From Clostridia bacterium (GTDB taxonomy: Bacteria > Bacillota > Clostridia > Oscillospirales > CAG-272): a stretch of 64,000 nucleotides of DNA. A program made the position numbers and the translations under genes. A model generated the notes under the pieces. That model was not told the DNA's origin. It ran no database searches and was given only the letters and a program-made list of their open reading frames with translations. Below, piece after piece: positions 59,098 to 64,000 of the stretch. The first letter of the stretch is position 1; the number at the start of each line of letters is the position of its first letter. The stretch spans positions 10,515 to 74,514 of the forward strand of contig JAFVWS010000004.1 in NCBI GenBank assembly GCA_017501545.1. Direction: 5' to 3'.

Positions 59098-59276
59098 AAT
59101 AATTAAATTTAGTCATAGCATACCGGGTCAAACTCAATTTGGCATACAGCGACCACACTAATTGTAGCACATATTTTTTGCGCGTGCAAGTTTTTTAAAA
59201 AAAATACTTGACAAAAGATATAAATTTCTTTATAATAATTAGGCAAACTGCAAAAAATGCAAGGGGAGGCTATTTT

Positions 59277-59807
59277 ATGGTTCTTGATATAACCTCTTTA
59301 ATCAATGGAAAAAGCTCAAAAATTGATTTTGAGTATGAAATTGATACAAAGGGACAAGATACAGATGTTCTCCCACCTAGTGATGTTTCTTTCACAGCAC
59401 CTGTAAGGGTTAAGGGCTATGTTACTGACAATGCAGGATATATGGCGCTATCACTTACAGCCGAGATAGATTATACCTCGCGCTGTGCAAGATGTCTTGA
59501 GGATATTTTTGGCACATTTACCCTCAATTTCAATCGCACTGTGGCAACAAAAGGCACTCTACAGGATGAGGACAATGACGAATACGTTATTGTCAAAAAC
59601 GGATTACTTGACATCGACCGTGAGTTAGTAGATGATTTACTCCTTGAGTTTCCCACCAAGCTTCTGTGTAAAGAGGAATGCGCAGGACTTTGTCCGAAAT
59701 GCGGTAAAAACCTTAATTTCGGTGAGTGTGATTGCCCGAAGAAAAAAGAAATTGACCCAAGGCTTGCAATTTTACAAAAACTACTTGAAAATGATGAATC
59801 TATGTAG
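59277..59807 (+). CDS. YceD/DUF177 family protein
   Basis: CARCL, P.KLLC.EECAGLCP.CG.NLN...C.C...DPRLA.L; directly upstream of rpmF. Confidence 0.93.
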   Translation: MVLDITSLINGKSSKIDFEYEIDTKGQDTDVLPPSDVSFTAPVRVKGYVTDNAGYMALSLTAEIDYTSRCARCLEDIFGTFTLNFNRTVATKGTLQDEDNDEYVIVKNGLLDIDRELVDDLLLEFPTKLLCKEECAGLCPKCGKNLNFGECDCPKKKEIDPRLAILQKLLENDESM

Positions 59808-59857
59808 TATAATGTTACAGTAATAAAAGATTAACTATCTAAAAGGAGGCTATTAAA

Positions 59858-60043
59858 ATGGCAGTACCAAAGAGAAAACAATCTCATGCACGCACAAATA
59901 AGAGAAGATCAAACAACAGCAAGCTTACAGCTCCTACAATGGTTAAATGCTCAAAGTGTGGCGAGTACAATCTTGCTCACCGCGTTTGCTCAGCTTGTGG
60001 CTACTATGCAGATAAGCAAATCGTAAACAAGGAAAATGCATAA
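59858..60043 (+). CDS. rpmF: 50S ribosomal protein L32
   Basis: MAVPKRKQS..R..KRR, CxxC...HRVCxxCG.Y. Confidence 0.98.
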   Translation: MAVPKRKQSHARTNKRRSNNSKLTAPTMVKCSKCGEYNLAHRVCSACGYYADKQIVNKENA

Positions 60044-60094
60044 ATAAACTTGGGCTTACAAAATTGGTAAGCCCTTTGTTTTTAGGAGAATAAA

Positions 60095-60649
60095 ATGAAT
60101 TATACACCAAAGCATAAGGATGGTATTGTACGCGCCTTATATTGTGGACTTATTGCCCTTGCATTTATACTAATGTTAGTTAGGGCTGAGGGTACACAAA
60201 GGACCGTATTTACTTGCGTGGCAATGGGTACTCTTGTTGCGGGAGTATTTTTGCTAATGCGCTATGAGCTGACGACCTATTCCTATATTTTAAGCGCTAA
60301 GGAAAACGATTTTGACTTTTTCGTAAACAAGTCCTCAGGCAAGCGTGGAAGCTATGTTTGCTACTATTTAATGTCGGACGTAATTAAAATAGTTCCATAC
60401 GAAAAGGACACAAAGGGAAAGCTTGAAAGGGAATACCAAAAAATCCTCTTCTTTAATTATACAAACAACCTCTTCGGTGCGAAAAAGCACGTTATTATTT
60501 TTAATAATAAGGGGAAATATGAGGGCGTTATAATTGAAGCCGACGAGGCATGCCTTGAATATCTACAAAACGCGCTTAACCTCGTGCGTGGAGTGAAGGG
60601 TGAGGAGCCAACTGAAATTATAGTAGAGGCAACAAATGAAGAAAAATAA
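60095..60649 (+). CDS. Hypothetical membrane protein (2 TM)
   Basis: AGGAG RBS; two N-terminal hydrophobic segments. Confidence 0.7.
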   Translation: MNYTPKHKDGIVRALYCGLIALAFILMLVRAEGTQRTVFTCVAMGTLVAGVFLLMRYELTTYSYILSAKENDFDFFVNKSSGKRGSYVCYYLMSDVIKIVPYEKDTKGKLEREYQKILFFNYTNNLFGAKKHVIIFNNKGKYEGVIIEADEACLEYLQNALNLVRGVKGEEPTEIIVEATNEEK

Positions 60650-60677
60650 AGCTGTCGCCAAGCGCGACAGCTTTTTC

Positions 60678-61130
60678 TTATTTTTTAAATAGTGTATTTT
60701 CTGTTGCCTCACCAAAGCGCTCCTTAATAAACTTAAGCGCCTCCTCAAAGATTAGCTTATCGTTGTCAAAGGTGTGGTCGTATGGGAATTCATCCTCGAA
60801 GAACCAGTGAAAGGACGAGATTTCCTCCGCCTGAGGAACAACGTAGGCACGTGTTGTTAGGGCAGTGAAGTAAACAACCTTTTTCTCGGTGTTCTTCTTT
60901 TTACCAATTAGATAAATTGATTCCATACGGAAGCCGTTTTCGATTTTAACGTCAATTCCGGTTTCCTCCTTGGTTTCTCTTATCGCGGTTTGGTATTCAT
61001 TTTCACCAGCCTCAACATGACCCTTAGGGAAGGACCAAAAGTCTGTATATTTATTTTTGATTAAAAGCACGGCATATTTTCCTCTTGCCTTGCGAAAGAC
61101 AACAGTGCCACATGATTTTTCGTATCTCAC
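60678..61130 (-). CDS. NUDIX hydrolase, Ap4A-hydrolase-like
   Basis: EKSCG.VVF, WSFPKGHVEAGE...TAIRETKEETG, K.VVYF. Confidence 0.9.
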   Translation of the reverse strand: MRYEKSCGTVVFRKARGKYAVLLIKNKYTDFWSFPKGHVEAGENEYQTAIRETKEETGIDVKIENGFRMESIYLIGKKKNTEKKVVYFTALTTRAYVVPQAEEISSFHWFFEDEFPYDHTFDNDKLIFEEALKFIKERFGEATENTLFKK

Positions 61131-61201
61131 AGACGTTTCAACCCCTTTCCTTTGAAAATATACATAGATTTTAATACTAAATTAAGATAAAGTCAAGAAT
61201 T

Positions 61202-62173
61202 TTACTTAAAATAGTCAATATTAATTTCGGACTCCTCGCTTTTCTTTGTTTTTAATAGCAATGAAATTCCAACTAAAGCAATTAACATAACAGTTAAAAC
61301 AATTCCACTCTCAAAGCCATAAACGTCACTGCCACTAACAATTTGCACGTTGTTGTAAGTGGTCTTAAAGAGTGATGGCATAGTGAGATAGTAAGCAGGC
61401 GCGCCTAAAATGCAAGCACTGCCAAAGCCCCAGACAAGCTTAATAGCAAATGAGCCCCAAATGCTACCACGCTTGAAAACGAAAATTCCAAGGAAAATTC
61501 CAAATAAGAATGTGTTTAAAAAGCTTACTAAATTAAATACCGTTGAAAGATTAAACAGTGCAAATACAAGTGAGCTTATAATAATGGCACTAAATGGACG
61601 CACGTCTCTTGCAAGTGAGGTCATAAAGTAGCCACGTACTAAAAGCTCCTCACCGAGTGAGGCAACCATAAAGCCCACGAAATAGATTAGAATAATAGGT
61701 GAAAAGCCCTTGAATTCAAAGCTCATTGAGCCAACTAAGAGGTTTACAAGGAAGGCTAATGCAACCATCACTCCACCAATTCCAAGTCCAAGTAAAATTT
61801 CAAGTGCCACACCCTTTTTTCTTATGCCCATTGAGAAAATAGAGCGTTTTTCAAGCTTCATTGAGAAAATAATAGGTGCTACTATAAAAAATGCCTTAGA
61901 AAAGAGCGTAAGCAGTGAAATCCACCAAGGTAGAGAGTCAAGGGACATTTCTGTAATCGCATTTAATAATTCCTCTGTGGAAATTACCTCTCCCTCAATA
62001 GAATTAATTGCCATATATACTATCGGCATATTTGTTAAAAGGTTAGAGGCAAGGGTTGCAATAGAGAAGACAAGGAAAAAGCATAAAATACTTCTTCCAA
62101 GCATCGTTGGCTTGTGGTTGAACGCTGCCTCGTCAACCATTTTCGTTCGTTTTATATTAAAAATTTTGTTCAT
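61202..62173 (-). CDS. CPBP (CAAX/Abi) family intramembrane protease-like protein, catalytic His residues absent
   Basis: EELLVRGY motif, about 8 TM helices, G..YGFESG. Confidence 0.82.
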   Translation of the reverse strand: MNKIFNIKRTKMVDEAAFNHKPTMLGRSILCFFLVFSIATLASNLLTNMPIVYMAINSIEGEVISTEELLNAITEMSLDSLPWWISLLTLFSKAFFIVAPIIFSMKLEKRSIFSMGIRKKGVALEILLGLGIGGVMVALAFLVNLLVGSMSFEFKGFSPIILIYFVGFMVASLGEELLVRGYFMTSLARDVRPFSAIIISSLVFALFNLSTVFNLVSFLNTFLFGIFLGIFVFKRGSIWGSFAIKLVWGFGSACILGAPAYYLTMPSLFKTTYNNVQIVSGSDVYGFESGIVLTVMLIALVGISLLLKTKKSEESEINIDYFK

Positions 62174-62715
62174 TCTTTTTTACCCGACATATATTTTTCC
62201 GCCTTAAGGATTGCAATTTGAGTTTTTGAATCCTTAATTTCGCCACTCATTACCATACCTACAAGTTTGCTAAGTGGAATTTTCTCGCTTACTAAAAACT
62301 CATCACTGTCGGGGTGTGCGTCCTTAAACGTCAAATCAGTTGCGAGATAAAGCTGGATTTTTTCATCAAAAATAGCAACGGTTGTATATATTTCACCGAT
62401 ATGCTCGATTTTTCCAGCAACAGCGCCACTTTCCTCCTCAAGCTCACGCTTAACAGCCTCAAGTGGGTCCTCGCCAGGCTCTAATTTTCCTGCCGGCACC
62501 TCAAGAAGCACCTCGGAAAATGGGTATCTGAATTGCCTTACCATAACAACCTCACCCTCGTTTGTCAAGGGCACAACGCAAACAGCACCAGGGTGGCGCA
62601 CAATTTCACGTGTGGCGCGCTTTCCGTCTGGCAATTCTACCTCGTCAACGAAAAGCTTAACTATTTTTCCATCAAATATTTGCTTTGAACTTATTTTCTT
62701 TTCAAAAAGCTCCAT
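62170..62715 (-). CDS. nudF: ADP-ribose pyrophosphatase (NudF-like)
   Basis: REIVRHPGAV, VRQFRYP, LEVPAGKLE.GE...RELEEE, D.DEFL, I.DSKT. Confidence 0.88.
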   Translation of the reverse strand: MELFEKKISSKQIFDGKIVKLFVDEVELPDGKRATREIVRHPGAVCVVPLTNEGEVVMVRQFRYPFSEVLLEVPAGKLEPGEDPLEAVKRELEEESGAVAGKIEHIGEIYTTVAIFDEKIQLYLATDLTFKDAHPDSDEFLVSEKIPLSKLVGMVMSGEIKDSKTQIAILKAEKYMSGKKE

Positions 62716-63404
62716 TATTTCTCCCTTTCAAAGGTTAATATAATAATACTTTCATCCTCGTTTTGTCCAGTAAGAGTCAAGGTGTCGCCCTCAATCTTGT
62801 AGGTCATTACAGTGACCTCCTCCTTGAAGCCGTCAACAAACTCACCACCAAAGGCAATCTTGTCACCCTTTATCGCGTATTCCATTGTGTATGTGTCGGT
62901 AAGACCCTCAACAAGCAGAGTGTAGCCTGATTTAAAGGTGAAAACCTCACCCTCATAGTCCTTACTCACCCAAGAGCCAACTATGTCAGAGTTTGACTTG
63001 TTCCAGTCAAGATTATATGGCACAAGCTCCATTTCATTTGTCTCAGAGTCATAAACCTGCGCAATAACAAGAGTGGAATCCTTATTTATTGAAAATTTGT
63101 TTCTATCAACGTAGCCGTCGTTACCCCACTCAACAACCAAGGTGTTATCGCCCTCAACCCTGTAGGATGCGATAAGCTCCTGCATTTTTATACCAAAGGT
63201 ATAAGAGCTCAGAGTTATTTTATCCTTGGTAAAGGTGTAGGTTTGGTAATATTCATCGTTTTGGTCGCTTTCCTGCCATGTGCCGATAAGTGAGGTGCCG
63301 TCGTAAACGTAATCATCCTCATATTTTGATTTTTCCTCACCACAGGAAACAAGGAAAATAGACAAAAACGCAACTGTTAAAATAACAGCAAAAACCTTTT
63401 TCAT
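62715..63404 (-). CDS. Lipoprotein with two lipocalin-like repeats
   Basis: Lipobox LVSC; two (L/I)xGxW...Y.(V/I).G(D)..L units. Confidence 0.7.
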   Translation of the reverse strand: MKKVFAVILTVAFLSIFLVSCGEEKSKYEDDYVYDGTSLIGTWQESDQNDEYYQTYTFTKDKITLSSYTFGIKMQELIASYRVEGDNTLVVEWGNDGYVDRNKFSINKDSTLVIAQVYDSETNEMELVPYNLDWNKSNSDIVGSWVSKDYEGEVFTFKSGYTLLVEGLTDTYTMEYAIKGDKIAFGGEFVDGFKEEVTVMTYKIEGDTLTLTGQNEDESIIILTFEREK

Positions 63405-64000
63405 TTAAAGCTCCAATTTATCTAAATTTTCGGGGGAAATGTCATATCCCTCCATAAAAATATCGTTGCCGTCGTATGAGAAAACAACCATGTGGCAGTT
63501 GTGCAAAACCCTTGCTGAGTCATCAACCCCTGGCGCTTTTTTAGTAACCGCGGAGAAAACCCCAGTTGCTGAGCCGTGGGAGATTGCAAGCACACATTCG
63601 TTATTTTGCGCGTTTTCCTTTACAAACTCGGCAATTCTTAAATAAACGTCCTCAACTCTTTCAAGCCCCTTTATAGAGTCGTCGTTACCAGTTATAAATG
63701 GAGAGTTAAAATCGTACGGCTTGCCCGAAAGCTCACCAAAATCGCGCTCTATTAGCCTTTGGTCGGTTGATAAATCCTCGCAACCAACCGCCTCGGCAAT
63801 AATTTTGCCAGTAACGTAGGCACGAGAGAGAGGGCTGGTAATTATCTTAGCAAATTTAATACCACTTTTATCTAAAGCCTTTTTTAATGAGGAAGCTGCC
63901 CACGTTGCTTGCTCAATGCCTGCTTCGTTAAGTGGAATTTCATCGCGCCCTTGCATCAGCTTTTTAACGTTCCAGTCAGTCTGACCGTGGCGCATAAAAA
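63405..64000 (-). CDS. Histidine phosphatase family protein (start lies beyond window end)
   Basis: RHGQT.WN, SPL.RA..T, ERDFG, SHG. Confidence 0.9.
   Translation of the reverse strand, partial: FMRHGQTDWNVKKLMQGRDEIPLNEAGIEQATWAASSLKKALDKSGIKFAKIITSPLSRAYVTGKIIAEAVGCEDLSTDQRLIERDFGELSGKPYDFNSPFITGNDDSIKGLERVEDVYLRIAEFVKENAQNNECVLAISHGSATGVFSAVTKKAPGVDDSARVLHNCHMVVFSYDGNDIFMEGYDISPENLDKLEL

Overview
Low-GC Gram-positive (Clostridia-like) chromosomal segment; taxonomy is inferred from CIRCE-controlled hrcA-grpE-dnaK-dnaJ-prmA-rsmE, type A RNase P RNA, NdoA-type MazF and yceD-rpmF. Core genes: heat-shock operon, CdaR-type regulator, S41 peptidase, greA, lysS, polar amino-acid ABC transporter, rnpB, U32 peptidase, uppP, pgk, tpiA, ptsH-ptsI-EIIA, rpmF, NUDIX hydrolases. 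An accessory region follows lysS (about 17.7-36.7 kb). It holds a small AT-rich defence island (DUF4062/TIR-like gene, XRE regulator, BcgI-like restriction-modification pair), a CotH lipoprotein, two divergent AraC + secreted BspA-LRR cassettes, a GH78 rhamnosidase and a third LRR protein. Best leads: (1) an unnamed C-terminal module shared by four secreted LRR proteins, a candidate surface-anchoring or assembly system with AraC control and a recent gene-conversion patch; (2) a circularly permuted ABC substrate-binding protein; (3) short repeats lying between two copies of the 3' end of rnpB; (4) a hairpin-rich AGTGAAGTT/AACTTCACT intergenic element; (5) three evenly spaced CIRCE-like boxes, one of which is also a terminator. 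No tRNA, rRNA, CRISPR array, integrase or transposase was seen. All family assignments come from motif recognition by eye, not from database searches.
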